From: Parcubacteria group bacterium
GTDB lineage: Bacteria > Patescibacteriota > Minisyncoccia > Phycocordibacterales > Phycocordibacteraceae
Length of the DNA: 64,000 nt
NCBI GenBank assembly: GCA_028286525.1
Contig: JAQBRL010000016.1
Coordinates: 17,924-81,923, forward strand
Reading direction: 5' to 3'
The first letter of the stretch is position 1; each line of letters opens with the position of its first letter. The position numbers and the translations under genes were made by a program. This document shows positions 26,993-36,901 of this stretch, in pieces. The notes beneath the pieces are model-generated. The model was not told the DNA's origin. It did not search any database and saw only the letters and a list, made by a program, of their open reading frames with translations.

Positions 26993-29317
26993 ATGCGTAT
27001 AGCACTGCAGCACCTAGCGCTTCTCGGTCTGGGAATCCTGTTTTTATTCGCACCAGCCCCTGCGGTGCATGCACAGACGACCGCTCCGCCTGCGTCGGGA
27101 GGTTTCCCTGCACAATTCACCGATTCATCCGGAATAATCCATAAATTGGTAGCAGGCTCGCAGTACACGCAGACCCCCGGAACTCCACGGCAGTGCGCGA
27201 AATATACCGGCTTTGCGAATGATTACGGCTGCATAAATCCTGACGGGACGCTCGACCAATGCTTCGTCGGCCCGAACGCGATACCGAGCTGTACGACTCC
27301 GAAGACCGCAGATGGGGGCAGTACGACCTCGTCCCAAGTCGCTAATACGAGCCTTACTACAAATACTGATGCTAGCGGTAAAACCACCGCAGATGCTCAG
27401 CCCGTCGATAAGAGTTGCAGCATCAATACGCTTGATATCTGTTTGGCTAACGCAGGCACCTGGATCATAAAGCAGATCGCACTCCTGTTCCTTTTCATCG
27501 CTAGTTTCTTTGCAGGACTTTCAGGGTTCCTTTTCAATTGGATCGTCTACATAACGGTCTTCCAGTTCGGGAATCTCATCGGTAATAATCCCGGCATGCT
27601 CGCCGCGTGGGGAGTGCTTCGCGACATCGGCAATATCCTTCTTCTGTTCGGATTCATCTTCATGGGCATCAGCACTATTCTTAATCTGCCGGGCAATGAG
27701 TTCACGGCGAAGCGCGCGCTTCCCGCACTCATCATATTCGCGATATTGATGAACTTCAGCCTCTTCGCAGCCGAAGCGGTCATCGACACCAGCAACGCTA
27801 TCGGAACGACACTCTACAAGCAGGCGAGTCAGGGACTCTGCACGTCCGGGGAGAGTCAAATCGACTGCGCAACCAACAAAGGCATTGCCGGCTCTATATT
27901 CAAGGTTTCCGGTATTTCAGCCATATTCAATAAAGACGCTGCCGCGCAAATCCCGGGAAATGATTTCGGAGCGGTGATCGAGATACTCGGGCTCGCCATA
28001 TTCGCCGCAGTGACCGCATTCGTCTTCTTCGCGGCGCTTTTCCTTTTCATAACGCGTGCCGTCGTGCTCGCTTTTCTTATGGCGGTCTCGCCGATCGGAT
28101 TCGCCGGCATGGCGGTCCCGCCTCTGCACGAATACGCTTCTATGTGGTGGCAGCAACTGTTGAAGCAATCATTTTTCGCTCCTATCTATATCCTGCTGAT
28201 CCTCATCAGTATTAAATTCATGGAGGGTATAACGACCGCGCTCAATACCGCCTCAGGAGGAGGCGCTACGCTTCACAACCTTGCGGACGCTTTCAGCGTT
28301 ACAGGAGCTTCGAACGTGAGCATGGTGGTGGACTTCATGCTCATCACCGGCTTCATGCTGGGCTCGCTTATCATCGCGAAGCAGATGGGTGCAGCGGGAG
28401 CTGACCGCGCGACGAAATTCGCAGGTGCTGCAACATTCGGCACAACCGCATTCATAGGACGTCGTACGGTGGGCCGTGCTATGTATAGCGGCGCAAGCGC
28501 TCTGCGCGGTACGAAATTCGGCCAAACGAATACGGTAGGGAAGTTCCTTGTGAATAGTTTTGATAAAGGATCTAAGAGTAATTTTGATGCGGGACGTGCA
28601 ATTTTGGGTGGAATTGCAAAATCTCAGCATCTTGATATAGGAACTGCACAAAAGGGTGGCTATGCAGGAATCGTGCATGCCGAAGAAGAGAAGCGTAAGG
28701 AATTCGCGAAGAAACTCACGGCAACGAAGGAAGATAAGAAGGTGAAGGAGGGCCTTCAGACCACGAAGAATCTTCTCCAGGGCGAGTTACAGGATGCGGA
28801 GGCAGAACTCGCGGCGCAAGTGGCAGTGAATGAAGCTGCACTGAAACCTACTCGCACTGCGCTGGCTCAAAAATACACGCAGCTCCAACAGGCTCGTGCA
28901 TCAGGCAACGCTGCCCTCGCAGCAACTCTCGAGAAGGAGTTCGAGAATGACACGAAAGCATACGAACTTGAAAAGGAGGTGGCCGATAAGAAACTTGACC
29001 CTGCCAAGGCGCGAATGGCCGAAGCCAAGAAGTATATGTCTCAAACCGACGGTCAGCTTAAGCAAAATGGCCAGGAGCCTCAGAGACGTTACGCAGAAAG
29101 TCTCGACAATAATATCCGCAATCCTCTTGATTGGTGGAGCTACGCTGGTGGTGTGGGCAATGATGCCGATCACCATGCAGCGACTGAGATTCTTAAGAAT
29201 CTAGACAAGAGCGAGAACGAAAGAGTTGTTGACGCTATCAGCGCGCTTGGTGGAAAATTGGGTGGAGGTGGAGGTGGCGCTCCACCCGCTGGCGGGGGAG
29301 ACGCGGCAGCCCATTAA
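26993..29317 (+). CDS. VirB6/TrbL-like polytopic membrane protein
   Basis: WGVLRDIGN, LMNFSLF and SPIGFA motifs; multiple TM helices; C-terminal coiled coil. Confidence 0.65.
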   Translation: MRIALQHLALLGLGILFLFAPAPAVHAQTTAPPASGGFPAQFTDSSGIIHKLVAGSQYTQTPGTPRQCAKYTGFANDYGCINPDGTLDQCFVGPNAIPSCTTPKTADGGSTTSSQVANTSLTTNTDASGKTTADAQPVDKSCSINTLDICLANAGTWIIKQIALLFLFIASFFAGLSGFLFNWIVYITVFQFGNLIGNNPGMLAAWGVLRDIGNILLLFGFIFMGISTILNLPGNEFTAKRALPALIIFAILMNFSLFAAEAVIDTSNAIGTTLYKQASQGLCTSGESQIDCATNKGIAGSIFKVSGISAIFNKDAAAQIPGNDFGAVIEILGLAIFAAVTAFVFFAALFLFITRAVVLAFLMAVSPIGFAGMAVPPLHEYASMWWQQLLKQSFFAPIYILLILISIKFMEGITTALNTASGGGATLHNLADAFSVTGASNVSMVVDFMLITGFMLGSLIIAKQMGAAGADRATKFAGAATFGTTAFIGRRTVGRAMYSGASALRGTKFGQTNTVGKFLVNSFDKGSKSNFDAGRAILGGIAKSQHLDIGTAQKGGYAGIVHAEEEKRKEFAKKLTATKEDKKVKEGLQTTKNLLQGELQDAEAELAAQVAVNEAALKPTRTALAQKYTQLQQARASGNAALAATLEKEFENDTKAYELEKEVADKKLDPAKARMAEAKKYMSQTDGQLKQNGQEPQRRYAESLDNNIRNPLDWWSYAGGVGNDADHHAATEILKNLDKSENERVVDAISALGGKLGGGGGGAPPAGGGDAAAH

Positions 29318-29320
29318 GGT

Positions 29321-30181
29321 ATGAGTGAGATCGAACAGAAGGGAATGGGTGTAGACCAAGCAATAGCGACTCTCGTGGATGATCTTCCGCGACCCGTTCG
29401 AGAATTCGTTCTTGGTCCTGAACGCGATCGCATTTCGCTTTCTCTCACGCAAAAATACAGCCTGCATGCCGATCAGGCGGCCGCATTCGAACAAACGTAT
29501 CTTTTCCTCCTTCTCGGAGTCAGTTCTCCTGAAGAATTCGCGCAAGCGCTCAAGAACGCCGGAATAAGCGAGGAAACGGTTCTGGGTCTCACCAACGATA
29601 TAAATGAGCAGGTGTTCAAGCCGTTGCGCGCGAAGATCCAAGAAAGCACAGGTACGCCTCCCGACTCGTCTGCTCCAGCAATCCCCGCACCTGTCATCCC
29701 TTCTACGAGCGGTGGTGCTTCCGCCGTATCCAAAACCCCGATTCCTGTAGCACCACCGCTACCTCCACCTCCAATACCTCGGCCGATCAGTGCGCCTCCC
29801 GCCATGCCTATCGCCCGTCCTGTTCCCCCTCCCCTGCCGCCACCTCCGCCTGCCGTACCTTTATATGATACGGAGCCCGCAATGCGCACTATGGCGACCG
29901 ATATGCAGGCAGCGAAAGAGCATCGCGTTCCAGAACCGTTGTTCTCTCGGCCTGCGCCCGCAGCTCCGCTAGCACCTGTAGTTGCTGCGCCACTACCTCC
30001 TCCTGTCGAACCACCCGCACCGCACCGCACCATGTCATCTATCGTGCCGCCGCCGCTTCCGCATGTATACGAACCGCCCGCAGCATCTAGAGCGCCTCTC
30101 GCTCCGCCACCGCCGAATCTTCCGGGCGCACCTACCGCGCCTCCATACAGCGTCGACCCGTATCGCGAACCGATGGAATAA
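29321..30181 (+). CDS. Proline-rich hypothetical protein
   Basis: Helical N domain, poly-Pro linker, C-terminal DPYREP. Confidence 0.7.
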   Translation: MSEIEQKGMGVDQAIATLVDDLPRPVREFVLGPERDRISLSLTQKYSLHADQAAAFEQTYLFLLLGVSSPEEFAQALKNAGISEETVLGLTNDINEQVFKPLRAKIQESTGTPPDSSAPAIPAPVIPSTSGGASAVSKTPIPVAPPLPPPPIPRPISAPPAMPIARPVPPPLPPPPPAVPLYDTEPAMRTMATDMQAAKEHRVPEPLFSRPAPAAPLAPVVAAPLPPPVEPPAPHRTMSSIVPPPLPHVYEPPAASRAPLAPPPPNLPGAPTAPPYSVDPYREPME

Positions 30182-30213
30182 AACGACGCGCTCGTCGGTT
30201 ATACTGGTACGTA

Positions 30214-30633
30214 ATGGAGTACCAGGTACCGCAGTTCATCGAGGTCGAAGATAAGATATTCGGTCCGTTCACGCTCAAGCAGTTCATCTATCTCGCCGGT
30301 GGGGGAGGGCTTACGGCCATCATCATCCTGTACGTGCGGCCGCTCGTGCTTACCTTCGTACTTATCGCTCCGGTTCTCGCGCTTACCGGCGCGCTGGCGT
30401 TCTATCGGATGAACAACAAGTCGTTCATCGAGCTGCTCGAAGCGGGTTTTAACTACTACACCAAGGGCAGGCTCTATCTCTGGAAGAAGGAGGAAGCCGT
30501 CGAGATGCCGGTGGCCGCAGCGCCCGTCGTGGAAACACGCCAGAAACTAGGCCTTTCCCGTGGCCGGCTCCACGACTTAGCATGGTCGCTCGATATCAAG
30601 GACCAGAAAGCGGGAGAGGAATCCCAACCGTAA
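30214..30633 (+). CDS. PrgI-family (VirB3-like) protein
   Basis: YQVPQFIEVEDKIFGPFTLKQF followed by two TM helices. Confidence 0.85.
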   Translation: MEYQVPQFIEVEDKIFGPFTLKQFIYLAGGGGLTAIIILYVRPLVLTFVLIAPVLALTGALAFYRMNNKSFIELLEAGFNYYTKGRLYLWKKEEAVEMPVAAAPVVETRQKLGLSRGRLHDLAWSLDIKDQKAGEESQP

Positions 30634-30636
30634 TAT

Positions 30637-31284
30637 ATGGCAGTCCCGCAACCCACCCAGGCATTCGTGCCCGTCAAAGAAGTCCGCAACGGCATCGTCA
30701 TCCTCAAGGAGGACGGATATCGCGGCATCATGATGTGCTCCGCCATGAACTTCGCGCTTAAATCGGAAGATGAGCAGACGGCCATCATCCGAGGGTTCCA
30801 GTCCTTCCTGAATACGCTCGATTTCTCGGTCGAGGTGGTCGTGCACTCCCGGAAAATGGACATTCGTCCGTACCTGGCACTCCTCGAGGAGCGGCTCGAT
30901 GCGCAACAGAGCGAGCTCATGCGTATCCAGCTGCGCGAATACATACAATTCATCAAAGGATTCATGGACTCCACCGAAATAATGACCAAGCTCTTCTACA
31001 CAGTGGTGCCGTACAGCCCTGCACTCGGTCTCAAAGTCGCTCAGTCGTTCCACGTGCCCGGTACGAAAAAAGCAACGGCGTCCGAGCAAGGGGATAATTT
31101 CGAGGAGGACCGCATTCAGCTCGAGCAGCGCATGGCGCTCGTCTCCGCAGGTCTTTCTTCCGCAGGCATCAGAGCGGTCGCGCTTTCGACCGAAGAGATA
31201 ATCGAGCTTCTGTACCGGTCGTTCAATATCGGCCAGCTTGAAAGCCCCATCCATCTGGACGGCGGGGCTCCGTCACGCACCTAA
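30637..31284 (+). CDS. VirB4-associated (TraC/TraE N-terminal-like) protein
   Basis: NFALKSEDEQ...FLNTLDF; lies between PrgI and the ATPase. Confidence 0.7.
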   Translation: MAVPQPTQAFVPVKEVRNGIVILKEDGYRGIMMCSAMNFALKSEDEQTAIIRGFQSFLNTLDFSVEVVVHSRKMDIRPYLALLEERLDAQQSELMRIQLREYIQFIKGFMDSTEIMTKLFYTVVPYSPALGLKVAQSFHVPGTKKATASEQGDNFEEDRIQLEQRMALVSAGLSSAGIRAVALSTEEIIELLYRSFNIGQLESPIHLDGGAPSRT

Positions 31285-31287
31285 TCT

Positions 31288-33111
31288 ATGGCTCTTCTCG
31301 ACTTCCTCTCTCGTAATAAAAAGGAGACCACGGCCATTACGCCGGTGCTTCCGAAAGATATCTATGCGCAGGGCGCGCTCGATCTTGCCGACGCCATAGC
31401 GCCCGCGGCGCTCAAGGTCAGCTCCAAGGAAATAGAGCTCGGGGAGAAATTCTCGCGTTCCTTCTACACTATTTCCTATCCGCGCTTCCTGAGCGATGGG
31501 TGGTTCATGGAGATCATCAACCTTTCGCGCGAACTCGATGTCGGTCTCTTCGTGCATCCCATCGAGACGGGGTCGGCGCTGCGGGGTTTCCAGAAGAAAG
31601 TGGCGGAAGTGCAGAGCCAGATAAGCGAACGGGAAGAGAAGGGGCTCGTGCGCGACCCGCTCTTAGATACCGCGTATCAGGACCTCGAGACCTTGCGCGA
31701 CAATCTCCAGCAGGCGCAGGAGAAGCTCTTCGATGTGGGTCTCTATCTCACGCTCTACGGCAATACGAAAGAGGAGCTCGATAAGATAGAAGGGGAGGTG
31801 CGCGGCATCCTCGACGCGAAGCTGGTATACACGAAGCCCGCGCTCTTCCAGCAGGAGCAGGGCTTCCGCTCCACGCTTCCGCTCGCGCTCGATGAGCTCT
31901 CGGTCAATTCAAAGCTCAATTCCGGGCCGCTTTCCTCCATTTTCCCCTTCGTCTCCTTCGACCTCACGAGCGATCGCGGCATCCTCTTCGGCATCAACCG
32001 CCACAACTCCTCGCTTATCCTCTTCGATCGCTTCTCGCTCGAGAACTACAACTCGGTGGTCTTCGCCAAATCCGGTTCCGGCAAATCCTATGCGGTGAAG
32101 CTCGAGATACTGCGCTCCTTGATGTTCGATACGGATGTCATCGTTATCGATCCGGAGCAGGAGTACTCCTATCTCGCCGAAGCGACCGGCGGCCGCACCT
32201 TCAATATTTCGCTTTCGAGCGAGCACCACATCAATCCGTTCGATCTCCCGCCGGTGAAGGATGATGAGGAACCAGGCGATATCCTGCGCTCCAACATCAT
32301 CAACCTCGTCGGGCTGTTCCGGCTCATGCTCGGCGGCCTCACGCCGGAGGAGGACGCCATCGTCGACCGCGCCATCACGGAAACGTACGCCCTGAAGGAC
32401 ATCACGGGCGACAGCGATTTCACGGGAGTCGAGCCGCCGCTCCTCTCCGACTTCGAGCAGGTCCTTTCCGGCATGGAAGGGAGCGAATCCATCGTGACGC
32501 GTCTATCGAAATACACGCATGGCACCTGGGCCGGATTCATCAATCGTCCGACGAACATCGATATCAATAAGCAGTTCATCGTGTTTTCCGTACGCGATAT
32601 GGAGGACGAGCTCAAACCCATCGCGATGTACATCATCACGCACTACATCTGGAACGCCGTGCGTCACGAGCTCAAGAAACGCCTGCTCGTCATCGACGAA
32701 GCGTGGTGGATGATGAAGTCGGAGGATACGGCCTCCTTCCTCTACAGCATGGCCAAGCGCGGTCGTAAGTATTTCCTCGGCCTCGCCACCATCACGCAGG
32801 ACGTGGAAGACTTCCTCAGCAGTCCGTACGGTCGTCCTATCCTCACCAACTCGAGCATCCAGCTGCTGCTCAAGCAATCGCCGACCACCATCAACGTCCT
32901 CAAGGATACCTTCAACCTTACGGACCAAGAAAAATTCCTCTTGCTCGAGTCGGGAGTAGGCGAAGGGCTTTTCTTCGCGGGACTGAAGCACGTCGCCATC
33001 AAGATAGTGGCGTCCTACACCGAAGACCAGATCATCACCTCGGACCCGTCGCAGCTGCTGGCCATCAAACGCGAGAAGGATCGGCTGGAAAGCACTGGCA
33101 CCAGTGCCTAG
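31288..33111 (+). CDS. VirB4-like T4SS ATPase
   Basis: AKSGSGKS, VIDPEQEY, INPFD, VIDEAW, RGRKY and ITQD motifs. Confidence 0.88.
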   Translation: MALLDFLSRNKKETTAITPVLPKDIYAQGALDLADAIAPAALKVSSKEIELGEKFSRSFYTISYPRFLSDGWFMEIINLSRELDVGLFVHPIETGSALRGFQKKVAEVQSQISEREEKGLVRDPLLDTAYQDLETLRDNLQQAQEKLFDVGLYLTLYGNTKEELDKIEGEVRGILDAKLVYTKPALFQQEQGFRSTLPLALDELSVNSKLNSGPLSSIFPFVSFDLTSDRGILFGINRHNSSLILFDRFSLENYNSVVFAKSGSGKSYAVKLEILRSLMFDTDVIVIDPEQEYSYLAEATGGRTFNISLSSEHHINPFDLPPVKDDEEPGDILRSNIINLVGLFRLMLGGLTPEEDAIVDRAITETYALKDITGDSDFTGVEPPLLSDFEQVLSGMEGSESIVTRLSKYTHGTWAGFINRPTNIDINKQFIVFSVRDMEDELKPIAMYIITHYIWNAVRHELKKRLLVIDEAWWMMKSEDTASFLYSMAKRGRKYFLGLATITQDVEDFLSSPYGRPILTNSSIQLLLKQSPTTINVLKDTFNLTDQEKFLLLESGVGEGLFFAGLKHVAIKIVASYTEDQIITSDPSQLLAIKREKDRLESTGTSA

Positions 33112-33114
33112 CGC

Positions 33115-33606
33115 ATGGCTATGGCGGCTTCTTCCTCCACCGCGCCGGTACCGTATCGAGTGAACAACGTGCAGGAGTTCCTCTTGAAAGGGTCTGCCTG
33201 CGTTCTCTACGTCATCCAGTTGATCCTGATGCTGACCTTGGTGGGGGAAGTCGGGACCGAGGTGATCGGACTCGTGGGAGATATCCTTTATATCGTGTGG
33301 TTCTGGCTCCTGGGAGTCAATTACTTCGGAGGTAATTCCCATAGCAAGCTCATGACGCTCGTGACGAATTCCGTGCTGGAAACCGTTCCATTCGTGAACG
33401 GCATCTATCCTGGCTTCTGCGTAGAAGTCTGGCGACTCGTTGCCATCATGAAGAAGGAGGATGAGGAAAAGCACGCGCTGCGCCAGAAAAAAATAGATAA
33501 AGCGGAAGCGGCGCAGGCTCAGCAACGCGCACGTGCAGTAGCGATACGGGCCCAAAGAATCGCGGCGAATGATGCCGAGGCAGCGGCAGAGGCGCAGGCA
33601 GCCTGA
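33115..33606 (+). CDS. Hypothetical membrane protein with coiled-coil tail
   Basis: Hydrophobic N-terminal half; operonic spacing. Confidence 0.65.
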   Translation: MAMAASSSTAPVPYRVNNVQEFLLKGSACVLYVIQLILMLTLVGEVGTEVIGLVGDILYIVWFWLLGVNYFGGNSHSKLMTLVTNSVLETVPFVNGIYPGFCVEVWRLVAIMKKEDEEKHALRQKKIDKAEAAQAQQRARAVAIRAQRIAANDAEAAAEAQAA

Positions 33607-33657
33607 ATACCCAGTACCCTCCGCTTCCCACGAGCGATGGGGCGGTATACTAAAACC

Positions 33658-34632
33658 ATGTATCGCGTGGTGTTCCTAGCCGCTCTCTTCTCGCTCGCGG
33701 GCATTCTTCCTGCGCATGCGCAATTCGCTTCGAGTGATCCGCTTACGGTGACGGTATCGCCCGATACTCCGCGTCCCTACGAGACGGTGACCGTAACGCC
33801 CAGCAGCACGCTTATCGATCTATCTGCCGCTAAGATAACGGTTTCGGTCAACGGAAGGGTGGTCGAGAGCGGTGGAGTGCAAAGCGTGCCTGTCACCGTC
33901 GCAGGACCCGGTGGGACCACCTCGATAACCGTGACTGCGGTCGCTTCCGGACAAACGTATACCCAAACGATAACGCTGCACCCCGCTGATGTGGCGCTCG
34001 TGGTCGAGCCGGTCTCGACCACGCATCCGTTCTATTTGGGAGGCGCCCTTACCGCGCCGGTAGGCGTAGTACGGGTCATTGCCATACCGGATCTGCGCAC
34101 CAGCACGAACGCCCGGCTGAGCTCCTCCGCACTCGTGTACAACTGGAAGTGGGGCGACAAGGTGCTCACTGACCAGTCCGGCATCGGTCGGTCCATCCTC
34201 ACCGCAACGGCGCCGGTGCAGTACCGTGACGCGCAGATAACCTGTACGGTCACCAGCCAAGACGGTTCCCTCGTCGCCCAAGCATCCACCGTCATCAGCC
34301 CCGCAAGCGCAATCGTCCGAGTATATCCTGTGGATCCGTTGCGGGGACCGGATTTCGACCACGCGCTTCCGGCGAGCTTTTCCATGAGTACAGAGGAGCA
34401 GGCGTTCCGTGCCGTCGCGTACTTCTTCGGCAGCACACCATCGCTCGCGTGGGCAGTGAATGGCGCGTCGGCAAGCAACGACCAGGATGTGACGGTACGC
34501 ACGACCGGCACCGGGCAGGGGACCGCATCGCTCTCTCTTACCGCTTCAAGCGCTGACACGAGCCAGAGCGCTTCGTCCGAGCTTTCTATCAATTTCGGAG
34601 CGAAGAAGGCTTCTAATATATTCGGCTTCTAA
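33658..34632 (+). CDS. Secreted Ig-like beta-rich protein
   Basis: Signal peptide AHA|Q; TATACT 6 nt upstream. Confidence 0.7.
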   Translation: MYRVVFLAALFSLAGILPAHAQFASSDPLTVTVSPDTPRPYETVTVTPSSTLIDLSAAKITVSVNGRVVESGGVQSVPVTVAGPGGTTSITVTAVASGQTYTQTITLHPADVALVVEPVSTTHPFYLGGALTAPVGVVRVIAIPDLRTSTNARLSSSALVYNWKWGDKVLTDQSGIGRSILTATAPVQYRDAQITCTVTSQDGSLVAQASTVISPASAIVRVYPVDPLRGPDFDHALPASFSMSTEEQAFRAVAYFFGSTPSLAWAVNGASASNDQDVTVRTTGTGQGTASLSLTASSADTSQSASSELSINFGAKKASNIFGF

Positions 34633-34633
34633 T

Positions 34634-35533
34634 ATGCGTACGTATTTCTTCATCCTTGCCGCTCTCATCTTCCTTCCGCTCCTTACGCACGCACAGGGAA
34701 CGGATTTCATTCCGCTGACGAGCTTACCGGGCCTCGATAAGGTATCGAGCGCGAATTCGCTTGCACCCTTCCTCTCCGAAATCTACAAGATCTGCATCGG
34801 ACTCGCGGCAGTGCTCGCGGTACTGCAGATCATGCGCGCGGGCGTCATGTACATGGGAGGCGACAGCATTACCGAGAAGAAAGACGCTCGGGCGCTCATC
34901 GGCACCTCGCTTGCAGGCTTACTCCTCGTGCTTTCACCGGTCATCGTGTTCTCCATAATCAATCCGAACATCCTGAAGCTTGATATCAGTGCAGGAAACT
35001 TGCAGAGCTCGACGGCAGGGGGCGGAGCTAATGCTGGCTCGTCCGCTTCGCCTGGCTCGACTGCGTCTACGCAATCACCTAATCCAGCGGTTACTGCAGC
35101 CATCTGCAACGCAGCCACCATAAAGAAAGCGGTGGTGCTCGCTTCCGGCCAAACCTGCGAGCAAAAATTCGGTACCGGCTACGCGAAGATCGACCCCCAG
35201 TGCTGCTCGGATTACTCATCCGGCGCGAGTTGTTGCGGCTACGATCCTAAGAACGACCAGACGGTCGCGCCGGGGCCTAATTTAAGCGCTACGGCGAGCT
35301 ACTCCATTTCCTTCCAAGACAAGGATGCGGTCGGGAAAGCGTGCGTCACTACGGATGATAGGGGTAATTACGATAGCCTCTCGAGCTGCCAGAGCGCCTT
35401 CGCGAGCGAAACGCAAACCTTGCGGAGCAGGGGATCCATATTCGCCGTGGGCAAGATCTGCAGCGAGGCAAGCCAGCACACGCCGACACCCGTAGATATA
35501 TGGAATAAGATCCGGCCGCTTCCTGCTTGCTAA
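34634..35533 (+). CDS. T4SS pilin-like (VirB2/TrbC-type) protein with Cys-rich C-terminal domain
   Basis: Two TM helices LAAVLAVLQIMRAGVMYM...GLLLVL, then IINPNIL. Confidence 0.7.
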   Translation: MRTYFFILAALIFLPLLTHAQGTDFIPLTSLPGLDKVSSANSLAPFLSEIYKICIGLAAVLAVLQIMRAGVMYMGGDSITEKKDARALIGTSLAGLLLVLSPVIVFSIINPNILKLDISAGNLQSSTAGGGANAGSSASPGSTASTQSPNPAVTAAICNAATIKKAVVLASGQTCEQKFGTGYAKIDPQCCSDYSSGASCCGYDPKNDQTVAPGPNLSATASYSISFQDKDAVGKACVTTDDRGNYDSLSSCQSAFASETQTLRSRGSIFAVGKICSEASQHTPTPVDIWNKIRPLPAC

Positions 35534-35537
35534 TACC

Positions 35538-36776
35538 ATGAAACGCATCCTCCTTATCGCTGCAGCAGTCCTCGTCCTGATCGGTATCGGCGTGGGGATC
35601 TATTTCTATTTCTTCGCGCGCACCGCCACGCTTACGGTGGGGCAGGCCGGTAGCTTGCCGAGCGCCGGTACGGGGGCCATCGATACGTCAGCCGGCACTC
35701 CCTCCACGCAATCGCTCGGGGTTGCGGTGCCGGGAGCGGGTACGGACGTGGCACCTCGATTAGTGCGCATCACCGATAGACCCGTAGCGCTCGGGAGCGT
35801 CGCGGTATATGTACCGCGCCAGAAAATAGGAGCGTCCACCGCAAGCACGACCGCCACCTATACCGACCCCGAGGTGCGCGTGGAGTATATCGAACGCGAG
35901 AGCGGGAATATCTATGCGTATCAAGCGCACGCACGCACGCTGGTACGTCTTTCGAACAAAACGCTTCCGGGCGTCCAGGAAGCGAGCTGGCTCTCCGACG
36001 GATCGCTTGCCTATGTGCGGTTCCTCGAGAAGAACGGCACCACCGAACGTATCGATACGTATGCGCTCCCAGCCACTACCACGGCCGGCTATTTCCTCCA
36101 GCAGGATCTCTCCCAGGTACTGGTGCGCGCTACCAGCACGCTCGTGACGCTGCTTTCAACGAGCGGGGGTAGCTCCGCATCCATATCGACTCCTTCGGGA
36201 ACGGGGCTGCATACGCTTTTCACCACAGCTCTCTCTTCCATTCGCCTCGCGTTCTCGGGCGCTAACTATGTCGTCACCACCAAAGGCTCGGCGACCACGG
36301 ATGGCTACTCGTTCGTCGTCGACGGGAAGACAGGAGCCTTTACGCGCGCGCTCGGACCGCTACAAGGCCTCTCGACCCTTGCGAGTCCTTCGGGTAAGTA
36401 CCTCCTGTACAGCTATCTGGCTAACGGAAAGCTTGCGCTTGCGTTCCTCGACCTCTCCACGCATGTGGCAACACGGCTTCCGCTTTCAACGCTTCCCGAG
36501 AAATGCGTATGGATGACCGACGATAGTGCGGTCTACTGCGGAGTGCCCACCACGTTCTCAGGGACGCTTCCGGACGACTGGTATCAAGGCGCGGTCTCGT
36601 TCAGTGATCGGATCTGGAAAATAGATCTTGCGGGACGGGTCGCCACGCTCGTCATCGATCCGAAGCAGGCGGGGAACGTAGACGTTGATGCCGTCGGGCT
36701 CTCGCTCGATTCCGCGAACGATATTCTCCTGTTCACGAACAAGCGCGATAGTCTCCTCTACGCCTACGACCTCTAG
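35538..36776 (+). CDS. Membrane-anchored beta-propeller-like hypothetical protein
   Basis: N-terminal TM; SPSGKYL, LPEKCVW and LPDDWYQG segments. Confidence 0.7.
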   Translation: MKRILLIAAAVLVLIGIGVGIYFYFFARTATLTVGQAGSLPSAGTGAIDTSAGTPSTQSLGVAVPGAGTDVAPRLVRITDRPVALGSVAVYVPRQKIGASTASTTATYTDPEVRVEYIERESGNIYAYQAHARTLVRLSNKTLPGVQEASWLSDGSLAYVRFLEKNGTTERIDTYALPATTTAGYFLQQDLSQVLVRATSTLVTLLSTSGGSSASISTPSGTGLHTLFTTALSSIRLAFSGANYVVTTKGSATTDGYSFVVDGKTGAFTRALGPLQGLSTLASPSGKYLLYSYLANGKLALAFLDLSTHVATRLPLSTLPEKCVWMTDDSAVYCGVPTTFSGTLPDDWYQGAVSFSDRIWKIDLAGRVATLVIDPKQAGNVDVDAVGLSLDSANDILLFTNKRDSLLYAYDL

Positions 36777-36777
36777 G

Positions 36778-36901
36778 AGAACAAGTTAAAATCTTTATCT
36801 GCGTTGTTATGGGTCCCAGCAGGTTTCTCCACCGTACTCAGAGTACGTCTACGAAACCTGCTTCCCCATGCCTAGCAGCTAAAAGATTTTTCCCTTGTTC
36901 T
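36778..36901. repeat. Long irregular hairpin filling a convergent intergenic gap
   Basis: Nested inverted repeats AGAACAAG/CTTGTTCT, AAAATCTTT/AAAGATTTT, ATGGG/CCCAT, AGCAGGTTTC/GAAACCTGCT and CGTACTC/GAGTACG. Confidence 0.6.

Noticed and set aside
24455-36776. Integrative conjugative element
   Set aside because: No integrase, relaxase or att repeats seen; composition and promoter style are largely host-like
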